From Mytilus edulis (lineage: Eukaryota): a stretch of DNA of 64,000 bases. The DNA lies in NCBI RefSeq assembly GCF_963676685.1, contig NC_092346.1, positions 53,196,001 through 53,260,000 on the forward strand. Direction: 5' to 3'. Every line of letters begins with the position of its first letter. The stretch's first letter is position 1. Under the pieces are notes generated by a model. The model worked only from the letters and a program-made list of their open reading frames with translations. It was not told the DNA's origin and did not search any database. Below are positions 28,001 through 38,230 of the stretch, one piece after another. The translations under genes and the position numbers were made by a program.

Positions 28001-31000
28001 ATCTTATATTATATTAAAACAAACACTTTTCAGGAATATATGAGCATGATATGAGTTAGTTGTGTTTTTTTTAAATTAAAAAGTTTGTTTATTTTAAGTT
28101 TGTTATGAAAATGGGATAATGGTCCAAGACACTGAAATAAACCTTGTATCAGACAAAAAGACCACTTCATATCTCCCAATGCAATGCATCCAGCCACAGT
28201 ACATGCATTTATTGGAAAACACATACCTTGAAACAAAATTATAAACAAAATAAAACCATGTAAAATGAATATTACAACATTAGGTCATTCACAGTTTGCC
28301 TTTGTAACTCGATGTCATATTTGGATTTTTTCCTTTCTGTTATTTTTTCTTTTGTTTTTTGTTAACTTATTTAATTAATGACTGTCATACTTTGTTCATT
28401 GATTTGTCTCTATGTTTCACTTTCATTTAGTTCTCTACCGCATGTTTACTTCCTGTGATCACCTGTTGATTGAATGACCCAGTTTTCTGACACAGTAATG
28501 AAACCATCAAGAGTTACTCCCCTTGCACTGTAAAAATTAGTAAACACTGGCGAAAAAAACCACATAAATGTTTGACTGAGCTTATAATCTTGCATAAACA
28601 TGTTTGCCATGTTTGTTTCAGTGTCTTGGGGGTATGAGGGTGGGCTTTTTTCCCATTTTCGTTTTTTACTTGTGTTAAAAACTTGTATTTTCAGAGATGA
28701 TTAATGTGGAGGTAAAATGTGCAAGGTGCATATGTTTACTACAAAATCATAACAAACCACAATTTCAGATTCAGCATGCAGTTAGTATAGTTTGTGCCAT
28801 GCACAATATGTGTGGTGCATTGGTGTGCAGCTACACATATTTTTCTTTGATTGTTAATCTCCCGAGGTTCTAAAACAATATGGTCTGTATTCACACACAA
28901 TGCATTATGACAAAGGTGTGAAGCATCTAAATTTTTGGCTAAATCAGTAGATTTCAATTGCAAAATTTTTGCTAAACGTGCAACATTCATTTTAGTACGT
29001 TTGGCATTTGGGTATGTGACATTGATCATCCCTAGAATATAATTATTTCTCCTCTGAGTGGCCCCAGTCCAAATAATGCATGCCCCATTTTTTGCCTCTT
29101 CACTGTTTATAAGTATAAAATTGGTATATTTTTGATAAAAATCTAAATTATTGGTAGCCATTTTGTATTCTTTTTAATCAAATAGCACTAAAAGAGTGTA
29201 ACTGACCTCGATTTCAGCAGCTGCCATCCGAAATTGTGATCATTGAACCATGAAACACTCCAACACCTTTGAAATAATAGTTCACAATTTGGGTCAACAT
29301 TTTTAATTAATTCTCCATAGGCGACAATGGTAACGTTTTCCTCCATTGCTCAGTCCATATCGTTTACTTGAACATGTAGGATGGCTCATATCGAAGCTGA
29401 TACATTTATACATGTTTGGTTAAATTTTCGGGGTGGCAAGTGAGATTACTTTTTTCGCAATTTGCTGGACCCCGGAAGATGGTGAAAAATGTCACTCTCC
29501 ACATGAAATAATCCCAAAATTCTAATCATAAAACTCAATAAAAAAATTGTCCTTTCTAATAATTTATTTCAGGTCAAATCTACATATTTCTTTTCTCATC
29601 ACATCAGCTCTATAAAACAGTTCTTATTGTTCATTTATGTCCATTTTTAAAATCACAGCATCCACAATTGTATGGCGGACTTATATTGTTTTTTAATTAC
29701 GTCATCTGAGTTCCTCATCTCAAGGTCTATTAGGGATCCTGACCCAGACCAAATGGCGTAGAAGTTTTGATAGCGCCATCCTTGTTATTTCCCCTGATTT
29801 TTATCATAGATAGATTTTTTTTGTGATTTGTAGGCCTACAGTAGCAGGAATCCATGCTGGACAAGATGGATCATTTTCTATTGCTCTCTCTGGTGGATAT
29901 GAAGACAATATTGACTTGGGAGATTGTTTTACTTACACAGGAGAAGGTTATTACATCTCTGTTGTTTCTGTCGTTACTATAAAAGTAAATTTCTTAAATG
30001 ATTTATGTAATTAAGGCCTAAGTATAAACTGCCTCTTATGGGCAGTTTATTTTTTGATAGACCATGTTTTAATGTGACAACTTTCGTAAGCAACATATAA
30101 ACAACATAGCAGCATCAAATTATGTCACACATACATGCATATACAAACCAGAAAAATTATTTACCATGTTTTACAGGTGGCTAATGTTGATAAACTAAAA
30201 TTAAAGGAATAATAAAGATTATTCACTTTTTCCCTTGTCAAATTTTAAATGGATTTACTTTGATGCCCTCAATTTGAACCCACTTACAAAAAAGGTTTGT
30301 AAGCTATTCTGACCAGAAGACACATTTTTTCGGATAAAATGGGAAAAATACGGTGTAATTGAAATAATGGACAATGACTGTTACTTCAGTGTCAAGGTAC
30401 AGACACCATGCAGAATGCTATAAACTAATTAGAAATCAGTAATTGATTAAATTCATATTGATAAAAGGTATAGGTCAGTTAGACAGCAACACAACAACAA
30501 CATAAAAACAGAGAAGACCTCTACAGGTCAACAATGCAATATTTGTAACATGCTTCTTGGAAGAAATTTTGGTAGTTATCTAGTAATATTGACCATAATG
30601 GCATTAAAAGAGTTATAATATTAGTAATTTTATTTTGCAGGAGGCAGAGATTTGAAAGGGACAGCTAACAAACATAAGGTAAAATATGGTCTTTAACTCT
30701 CCCTACTTAGAATACTGAGGTCTTTTGAAAGTCATACTCCTACTATTAAGTGTCGGGGTAGTGTGTGCTTGTTTGTTAGTCCATCATCCTGCACATTGTA
30801 AATTAAAACATCTAAAGCAGTTAGATAAAAGAAATTGACGAGTATTAATGGCCAGCCCAGCTCAACAAGTTCTATCTTTGAAGTCTTTTTTAATTTGAGA
30901 AAATTATGTCAACCTTTTTTTTTTAGCAACTACTCCTGAAAACTTAATTTATCATTTTTTGACATTGTTCCAATATCTTAAGGTTGAAAATGCAAAAATT

Positions 31001-34000
31001 TCATACAAATCTGAACACCCTTACGGTATTTGAATTAATTCCCCTTAATTTTAAGTTTTTACCCACTTTCGCTGTAACTATAGTTGCCAAATATTAATAA
31101 GTATAAATTAAAACAAGTGCTTCCTTAAAATAAATAGATATCAGATTCATTCAGATGGGAGTAGAATTATGTTTAAAAAGTTTTTTTTTTTCTTTATCAT
31201 ATTTTATTGATCTAAATATACATAAAAGTATTGGACAATTGGAAAAAATGTATACACACAATTATTCCTTACCTAGTATACATAAACCCTGTTAATAATA
31301 TAGTATTTCTCAGAGACAAGTGCCTGTTCAATTAAGAAAAATAAAATATTTATAATGTAATACACAACTTGAAGAAAAAATGGTTTCATTCATAACTGTT
31401 ATTTTGAACAAAAGTCTAAATGAGTGATTGCACACTTTTGTTCAGATATGTATAAAACATGTATACTGGTTTATGGAGTACTTTTATTTCTACATAAAAA
31501 GTTTTTGAGTTATCTCCCATTGAAAATAGTCGTAAAAGATGAAAAGTATAAAAAAAAATTAAAGCATTCAGTTTTTGGCTATTAAAACATTAAACAAACA
31601 AATATGCAGTGCAATGTATGGTATACAATTAAATATTCTGCTGGAAAGAAAAAAAAATCTCTGTCTTCTCTACTTAAAATATGAAACTACAATAAAATGT
31701 TGTTTTACAACTCTGACAGTGTATTGTACATGCTTTGTTGGAAAATTATATAACCACTTGTATTAGGATTCTTTAAAACATATTGGGAAATACTTTCAGT
31801 AAAAACAACATGAAATATATTTGGTATTGCATAAATTTGCATCTCATGGCCATACTCTAGCTTCAGTCATACATTCTAATTTTACCAGGAAATTTTTCTA
31901 AACAAATATAAACTGAAGTGTTTTGGAAAGTTTTGAAAACAACTGTCTCAGTAACACTACAACAACAACATTTGGATAGGTGAAGTTATGACACAGCATC
32001 AAGGTAGACTCTAAAAATGCATGAGTGATCATCTATATATCAACACGTATACAAACTGGTATAAAGGTCCCAATTGTTTTGTTAATTTTACAATCTGATT
32101 GGGCAAAGGGAAAGAGAATTGGGCAATGGAAAAAAAAACAGATAGTCAAGTCAGAGTAATTAAGGGCATACGATACAGTTTGGATCCTGTAAGTCAGAGT
32201 AATTAAGGGCATACGATATAGTTTGGATCCTGTATTTACAGTTTGATGAAAATTTCCATATAGGCTATTTTTGGACTAATTAAATCAAATATGTAATAAA
32301 ATATATACCTTCATGTGCTACTTTTTGAGTTAAATGAGGTCGAAATTTTGTATATTTGCTCAAAATTCGGATTTGTGGCCATATTTTTCCTTTCGAAAGA
32401 AATACATAACTTTTTGTTATAAAAGAAAAACACAAACTGTTTTTTGTTAAATACTTTGTAATTTCTGTATTTTATAAGTATCCTAAAAATTTATGCATTT
32501 TTTAATCAGAAATAACTCATATTTATCAAATGGTCATGAATTGAGAAAAAAAACATCATTTTTTGCTGTATATTTACCAAAATTAAAAAAATTGCACTAT
32601 TTAGTTTTATAAAATTTGGTCCACATAATCTCCCTGCAAAATGAAACAAAATGTTGTTTTAAAAAATAGGGGTCCATGCACTCGTTTTCAAATTAAATCA
32701 GTTTGAATGATAAAAATCAGTAAAAAAATGCATCTTTTCCCGATATGTCACAGTTTGACGTCGCAAAAATAAAATTTTACGTTAGCAACGTCATTACCTC
32801 CCCTGTAACTGTATAGTATGCCCTTAAGTGTACTGATACTATTGAAAATAAGCACCATCATTGCAGTTCACTTCTAAAAACAGTGTAGTTATGTGCATCT
32901 CATTGAAAGGGACAGCTAACAAACCAAAGGTACTCATATATAACATGTATTGGTTACAGCTACATGATGACAAAGTTGAAATATTCATTTTATTGTTATG
33001 TTGAAAGAAAGAAACATCAGTAATTACAAATTTTACATTTCTATAGAACTACTTGAGAACAGCACCACAGTCTAAAGATCAGACACTGACCCGTGGGAAT
33101 CTTGCATTGAGTCGTAATGTTGAAACTGGAAACCCAGTCAGAGTGATTAGGGGATATAAACTACAGCAGTTCAGTCAATATGCTCCTGAGGATGGATACA
33201 GATATGATGGTTTGTTTTTTAAAAGTGCTTATTATAGCTCCATGGTGACCTAGACACAAACTGTATATATATTTTGTATACCTTCCTGCATATATAACTG
33301 AGAATGGAATTGGGGAATGTTTTAAAGAGAAAACAGCCCAAGGCCACCAATTGCGAGTAAATCACACACCGAGATGTGTACTTTAGCTGGCCCCTAAACA
33401 AAAATGTGTACTAGTTCAGTGCAAGGATCCGGAAATTTTTTCACCTAATTTCGGTCATTTTGGGATAACTTAAAAAGTTGGTGCCCTTTTTCAAACAAAG
33501 ATTGTGTGTATGCTCATACAGTCATACTCGTATCATCAACAAGCTTGTTTACTGTTGCATCGCATTTACTTTAGAAATTTCCCTACCATTTTCCTTAAAA
33601 TCGATCTTGAGCAATAAAAGGAAGGCAACAGTTTAAAAATGAAATGATTTTAATGACTCAAAACGATAAATTTCTCAAACTTCGCTTACGTTTCTTTCAA
33701 TTTTGAAGACAAAATTATAACCGGATGTTTTACGACAATAGTAAAACGACCAATTCCGGACTCATTTCCGGGATTAGTTTTATCAAATTCACAGGAAATC
33801 GTCGGCTTTTTAACTGTTTTACCTTTAATAGTGTTTGAATAATGATTATAATAGTTGGACTTGTTAAATTTAGCATAAAATCATTTTGAATTTACGATTT
33901 TGTGTCTAATTTGCGGAAGAGAATTTCAAGCATGCGTATTAGTAAACAAAGCACGTGTGTTTGTAGTGAAACAATATTTTGTTCTACGTAAATTAATTTA

Positions 34001-35304
34001 AGTTTAAATCAGAATTGACAATTGTCTAAGCTGAGGAAAGTAATTAAATAATGCAGACAGTTGTTATGAACTTTTAATTTCTTTAAAATATTAGTTCTGA
34101 GCTCGTGATCAATAAAAAATTTAATTAAAAACACAGGTAAAGAGATTAGCGATCATTAGCCAATATTTCCCCGAGGCACTACTATAGTTATTAGGAAGGC
34201 CCTCAGAATTATAACACTTTACTGGAGTGGCAGTTTTATTACAGGAAACGGATAACAAACAAACAAAAAAAGTTCAAAATGGTGATTTAGACAATGTTTA
34301 TAGAAACTCGATGTCAACGAAATGACATTGAATGACCGAAATTATTTCTGTAAAAAAATAAAGTTTGTCCTAAATCCCAATTACTCATTTAGGACAAAAT
34401 ACTTTCAGTTTAGGTGAAGACTGGCATATATGACCGTTTCCGGACCCTTGGTTCAGTGATAATGGACGTCATACTAAACTTCGAAACATAAATTAACTAA
34501 AATTAAAATCATACAAGACTAACAAAGGCCAGAGAATGTATTGTTTACAGCTTCATGATGACAAAGTTAAAATATTCATTTCTTTGTTATGTTGAAAGAA
34601 TGAAACACTTAAATTTTGTTTTAACCTAAACTGAATATATAGATATTCATAAAAATATTTGTACATTATTTATTTTTTAGGTTTATACACTGTAGAGAAA
34701 TATTGGTCAACAACTGGTCAGTCTGGGTTTTTGGTGTGGAAATTTGCTTTAAGAAGATGCACCGATCAACCACCACCACCATGGACTTTTGAGGTGAAAA
34801 AAACTATGAATGTAGAAATATTTATGCTCATTTAACTTACCTATATATAGTGTTCAAAATCATACTCACTGTCAAATGTTCGTTCTTTAAGGCCTAACGA
34901 TGACATATAGTTTGCTAAAATCTATGTCATTTGGCCTCTGGTGGAGAGTTTTAATTGGCCATCATACCATATCTTCTTATTTTTATCCCAAATAAAGGAA
35001 TATGTAAGAAATTAATAAAGACCATAAGTTTGTCACAGAGCTGAATATTATCATAAGAAAGAAAGAAATTTGTATGTGTTAAATTTTTAAATATAAGGTG
35101 ATTAAAAACACATACATGTCAGCTTAAAACTTACAAAAATAAAAAGAAAACAATAGTGGATAGTTCCCCACCAAATGTAATTTTAATAGCATTCTATTGT
35201 AACTTCTATTGTTGCAGGGTGATGGACAAAGTTTAACAGAGGACTCTGGTTTTGATTCTGATGAAACCGCTAGTCAGATCAGTAGTTCACAATCTTCTTC
35301 ATAG
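19025..35304 (+). CDS. Stand-alone SRA/YDG-domain protein (UHRF1-type methyl-cytosine reader domain without UBL/Tudor/PHD/RING)
   Basis: Exons 19025-19111, 20811-20978, [possible micro-exon 21185-21206], 21574-21684, 22219-22279, 29834-29946, 30641-30678, 33047-33209, 34681-34793, 35218-35304. SRA motifs: [108 protein letters not shown]. The exon 2-3 junction is uncertain, and the frame continues to 35799 past the TAG. Confidence 0.88.
19342..20089. mobile_element. Foldback/MITE with very long inverted arms, in intron 1 of the SRA gene
   Basis: CGAGATTACTCTGA...GCTTCGTCGCTTC (19345-19470) is mirrored at 19961-20086. A second mirrored block lies at about 19548-19641 vs 19858-19950. Confidence 0.8.
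22314..24014 (+). mobile_element. Full-length HINE-like tandem-repeat element (AACCATGAAAATGAGGTCAAGG family) carrying a nested MITE
   Basis: Starts AACAAGAGTGCACACACTGAAATGTC; several ~150-bp units; ends ATGTCGAGCTTTCTGCA...TGCAGGCTCGACAAAAA (terminal hairpin). Confidence 0.75.
23254..23876. mobile_element. Nested MITE with TA TSD (Tc1/mariner-like ends)
   Basis: TA|CTGTAAAAGCACATATTTTCGTGGGG ... CCCCACGAAAATTAATGTTTATACAG|TA interrupts the host sequence CATGAGGC...TATACAAAGTATGAAGC, which is contiguous in the other copies. Confidence 0.75.
24636..25090 (+). repeat. Left long terminal direct repeat (455 bp) of the autonomous element
   Basis: GGGTCAACATTTTTAATTAATTCTCCATAGG ... GTCTATTAGGGATCCTGACCC. 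Confidence 0.95.
25681..27909 (+). CDS. DDD/E transposase (Kolobok/Mutator-like fold), 742 aa ORF; likely start ATG 25744 (MKGKRKRNQ)
   Basis: Intronless long ORF between the direct repeats. Candidate catalytic residues KLQMDGTY (D), CTTDGDAKS (D), [11 protein letters not shown] (E). Cys/His clusters (HLNKSPKC...CTNC; CWVG...CPNHEYC) and a basic C-terminus. Confidence 0.85.
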   Translation: MTLWCHNLELYKHNRVCIYSIMKGKRKRNQYKVGNQAHLLRFVSLTTDQDCGVNNSVAPSTAPSTPPSTQVLKNLSMQVSPAPPKFKLSNSATDLATKNTTESVWLPRLTEKEFKLYSKESYDKKSYVAPQTEKCATTVKLLRPHKLSDDYLDEYLEDKSTENRTVDRDLNILMINSLIICHLNKSPKCVVPHFELVQETQWGLGWIWKMKCTNCKFISEKYKLFREIDTGRAGRKSATINYGFQTGVINCNIGNDSAQLLLTSSCIPPMSKGTMQRITNTVCDKVVKLAENETEQVVESFRKRNETLGLNKNSPIKLQMDGTYQSVHIKSRHKMGQNASQVIGIACENETDNHDIIGFHLVNKLCWVGAWLRGKGYDIECPNHEYCTSNTNRHDPLSEKDLGYEIGKKIAKLDLLVDYCTTDGDAKSVQGLQEAMQEIFDPLWSVNRLADTIHRGQSQFREVLRAKFSVGMFPGATKAQRNDIKIAFANDLKLRSHGIMKCLFAKYNGDRQQISKCLPRIVKSVVNCYSGNCSDTCRWSITLCNGGIKTSWWYKSINLSSHGLQNGSLKPNKTDKLLIESLLEMKLSQTALNQMQFFSNTNKCESVNRTISTYLPKNKNFSRNALGRASAAVLKVNNKRDVALAKTLKAVGCGLGRKSRAVVALKKIRKREIYDCAYQKSLRVKLNRLKARKKQAIDFLLNKRVRNRLISGYKKHQLEPKLCQNSSPKEFVPQPGCSSWPD
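28739..29161 (-). CDS. His-Cys box / His-Me finger (I-PpoI-like) homing-endonuclease-type protein, 140 aa
   Basis: GACIIWTGA...MNVARL...[31 protein letters not shown]...C..H....C matches the zinc-binding loop pattern of His-Cys box endonucleases (SHLCHN..CVN..H...E....N..R..C). Confidence 0.85.
   Translation of the reverse strand: MATNNLDFYQKYTNFILINSEEAKNGACIIWTGATQRRNNYILGMINVTYPNAKRTKMNVARLAKILQLKSTDLAKNLDASHLCHNALCVNTDHIVLEPREINNQRKICVAAHQCTTHIVHGTNYTNCMLNLKLWFVMIL
29291..29745 (+). repeat. Right long terminal direct repeat (455 bp) of the autonomous element
   Basis: No difference from 24636-25090 found by eye. Confidence 0.95.
32207..32823. mobile_element. MITE with TTAA TSD and GG termini (classical Kolobok-like)
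   Basis: TTAA|GGGCATACGATA(C/T)AGTT ... AACTGTATAGTATGCCC|TTAA. The left junction is tandemly duplicated (43 bp, 32148-32190 and 32191-32233). Confidence 0.75.
33422..34450. mobile_element. Non-autonomous DNA transposon with 8-bp TSD (hAT or P superfamily)
   Basis: TIR CAAGGATCCGGAAA / TTTCCGGACCCTTG; perfect TSD GTTCAGTG at 33414-33421 and 34451-34458. Confidence 0.8.
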
Positions 35305-37419
35305 AGTGATGAAATTACAAGACAAGATGGAAAAGATGAAATTCAGAAAAAGATAAAGAGCGAAAGACAAGACGCCCCTGAAAAAAATGAAGAGGCTGAA
35401 AATATATCAGGAGATTTGAATGAGCTGAAATCAACTGATAAAGATACAAATGGAAAATGTGATCAAAATGCAACTGGTTCAAGTGTGGATGTGGATGATG
35501 CTAAACAAAATTTAAAAGATGAACCAAAGAAGAAAACTACAATGAAAGGAAATAATGAATTGAAGGAAAAAGTTGAATTAATGGAAACAGAATCTAATGA
35601 AAAGGTACTTGATGTTAAAATGGAAGATGGAGAGAATGAAGACACAAACAAAACAGGAAATACTGTGGAGGACTGTATTGAAACAAATGATTCTACAGAG
35701 CTTCATAAGAAGGATGAATCAGAAAATAAAGTTACAGAGGAGTCTATGGAATGTAAATCAGACCAGACAGAAATGGTCAATGAAATTGAAGCAGCCTAAT
35801 GGTATTGGAATCTGATTTTTCTTTGCAAAGGTTAATGAGATAGAAATTCTGAATGCTTTAGACGCTTGATTCCTTTTTAGTAAATACATAATTGCAGTTG
35901 CAGTAATAATGTGTATATAGATTGCTTTGGTATATTTAAATTAATTTGCAAGAATATTTTTTATATAGTTTAAAGAAGTTGATGAATAATTGTTCTAGTA
36001 TATATGTTTGTATATGTCTTGGTGCTATATGTAATTGACGTGTACAGTCAAACGGCATGAAAGGGTAACTTGATACCCTATTATTAGAAAACATCATATT
36101 GCATTATAAAAAAAGAAATATTTACCCTTTGGATGACTCACAAATTATCTGCTTCCCTGAATCAATGTTACTGTTGTCATCCAAGGTCAAGGCCCTTTGT
36201 TAAATTTTTAGTATACTTTTTGGATCTTTACAATTATTTGAGCTGAAATGGATTATTTTTAAAACTGCTCTACATTAAAACTGTATTTTTGTGTTTATAA
36301 CCATATTTTAAATTTTTATGACTTTGACAAAAAAACATTATTAAATGAAATATTTGTATTGTGAAATATGATATTGCAAAAGTTAATTCTATATATTTTT
36401 TTAAGACGAAAATGGTATTTAGTATATTTTTAGTGTATTTTTGTACATTCATCAACACAGTTTATACTATTGATACATTTTTTAGTTTAATTTTTAGAAG
36501 ATGCATTAAAATAAGATTTTGGTCATAGCTCAATTAATCAAACATGGTTCAGAATTTACAACTGTTTCGTATTTTATCATTATATGCAGCAGAATTGGTA
36601 AGGCAGCATTATAAAGTCATCATTACATGTTTACTGTTTAATAGTTTTATTTGACAAGTTTTAAGAAAATGTTATTAGTTTCATGTTTCCACATTTCATT
36701 TTTCCCATAGTTCATTATTTTCATAAGATGTTTTATATTGATAAATGTTATATTTTATTAATAAAGTTTATTCCAGATATACTAATTCTTAGATAAAGGC
36801 CTAAGCATCTATTATATAATATAGGATCATTTTCATATAAGTGTGGACTAAACCATTTCTTTGCATGCTCAGGTAATTATTTGACTGGGTCAGATTAATT
36901 GAACGTTCTTCTGTAACGCCCACTTGTCATAATGTACGTGTTATCGAATTTTAACTTTGGGGTCGCAAAAGGTTCTAAACCCATAAATGGAATAACACCA
37001 ATAACTAGCAGAGGACTAAACCTTGTGTGATGATTTAAATGATGAATACTTAAACTTTCTTTTCTTGCACCTGCATGTACTTTATTCTTTTATTCCATTG
37101 GAAGGCCTCTGACAGAATGAGTGAGCGAAAAATAGCTGTTATCAATAGCCGATGACAAACAAGTTAAAGGCAAATGATTAAGTATTATTACCTACACAAG
37201 TATTGTGGTTTTCCATGCTATTATGAAAATGATTCTATAGGTATGTATAATAAGATTTAGTGACAAATACTATCAAAATACATCTAGAGATATACCAACA
37301 ATAAACAGGTGCTTTTTCAATATTTAAAGCTCTAAATCCTCCAGCATACAACAAATCTGACTTGGAACTGGTAAATGGGAAAGTGAGATGTATTGTCTTT
37401 TATCTCGATCCTTCAGACA

Positions 37420-38230
37420 AATTTCACAATAGACCTTGTATTGCTTGCTCATTTGAACATTCACGGAGGGGCCATTTTACCCTTGTCTGTATGTCCCACA
37501 GTTGGTTTCGGTTCTCTAACATTAGTATGCCTCAACCAAATGTTATGAATCTTTATTGCACAATGCTTATAACCCCAAAACACAGATCAATTTAGAATTT
37601 TGGTGGCGGCACTTGAACAGTTCTAGAGTTGTGCCCCTTTTCAAATAGAAAAATTGCAGAACATATGTTTTTCGCTTTCTCTAAATTTAGTTTGCCTCAA
37701 CCAAATAATATGAAACCTATACACAGTGCTTGTTACCACAAAAAAACTGATCAAGATTGAATCTTAGTGGGACCACTTTTACCATTCTAGTGTTATGTCC
37801 CTTTTAAAATGGAAATTGCCTCAACTAAATGTATTGAAACTTGCATCACACAATGCTTATAACCACAAAACACAGATGCAGTTTGAATTTTGGTGGCATT
37901 AATTTAACAGTTCTAGAGCCTCTTTTCAAAGGAAAAATTTCCCTCATTCTCTAACTTTAGCATGCCTAGCCTAAAAATTATGAAACTTATACCCAATGCT
38001 TATTACCACAATATACAGATCAAGTTTGAACATTAAGGGTGTCATTTAAACCATTCCAGAGTTATTGGTTGTAAAGTCTGTTCTCTAAACAAATGTTATG
38101 AAACTTGTACATAATACTTATTACACAAAACTCGGATCAAGTACAAATTTGGGTAGCGTCACTTTTTACCGTTCTACAGTTATGTCCCTTTATAACTTTA
38201 CATGATATGCAAAGTGGGAGGACACATTCC
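37420..38230. repeat. Tandem-repeat-containing interspersed element (~120-130-bp units)
   Basis: Recurring ATGAAACTT...CACAATGCTTAT-ACCACAAAACACAGATCAA...TTCTAGAGTT units. Confidence 0.6.

Larger units (their letters stand above)
24636..29745 (+). mobile_element. Autonomous composite-like DNA transposon with long terminal direct repeats (KolobokP-type): DDE transposase plus His-Me finger nuclease
   Basis: 455-bp direct repeats at 24636-25090 and 29291-29745, identical by eye, each GGGTCA...TGACCC. TSD AGAC at 24632-24635 and 29746-29749. Two uninterrupted convergent ORFs inside. No RT, gag, PBS or TG..CA ends. Confidence 0.92.

Noticed and set aside
24636-29745. LTR retrotransposon or endogenous retrovirus
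   Set aside because: The repeats end GGG...CCC, not TG...CA. There is no PBS/PPT, gag, protease or RT, and the ORFs are a DDE transposase and a His-Me nuclease.
35416-35799. Separate acidic protein gene
   Set aside because: It has a non-ATG start and is in frame with the last SRA exon, so it is better explained as that gene's tail beyond a stop.
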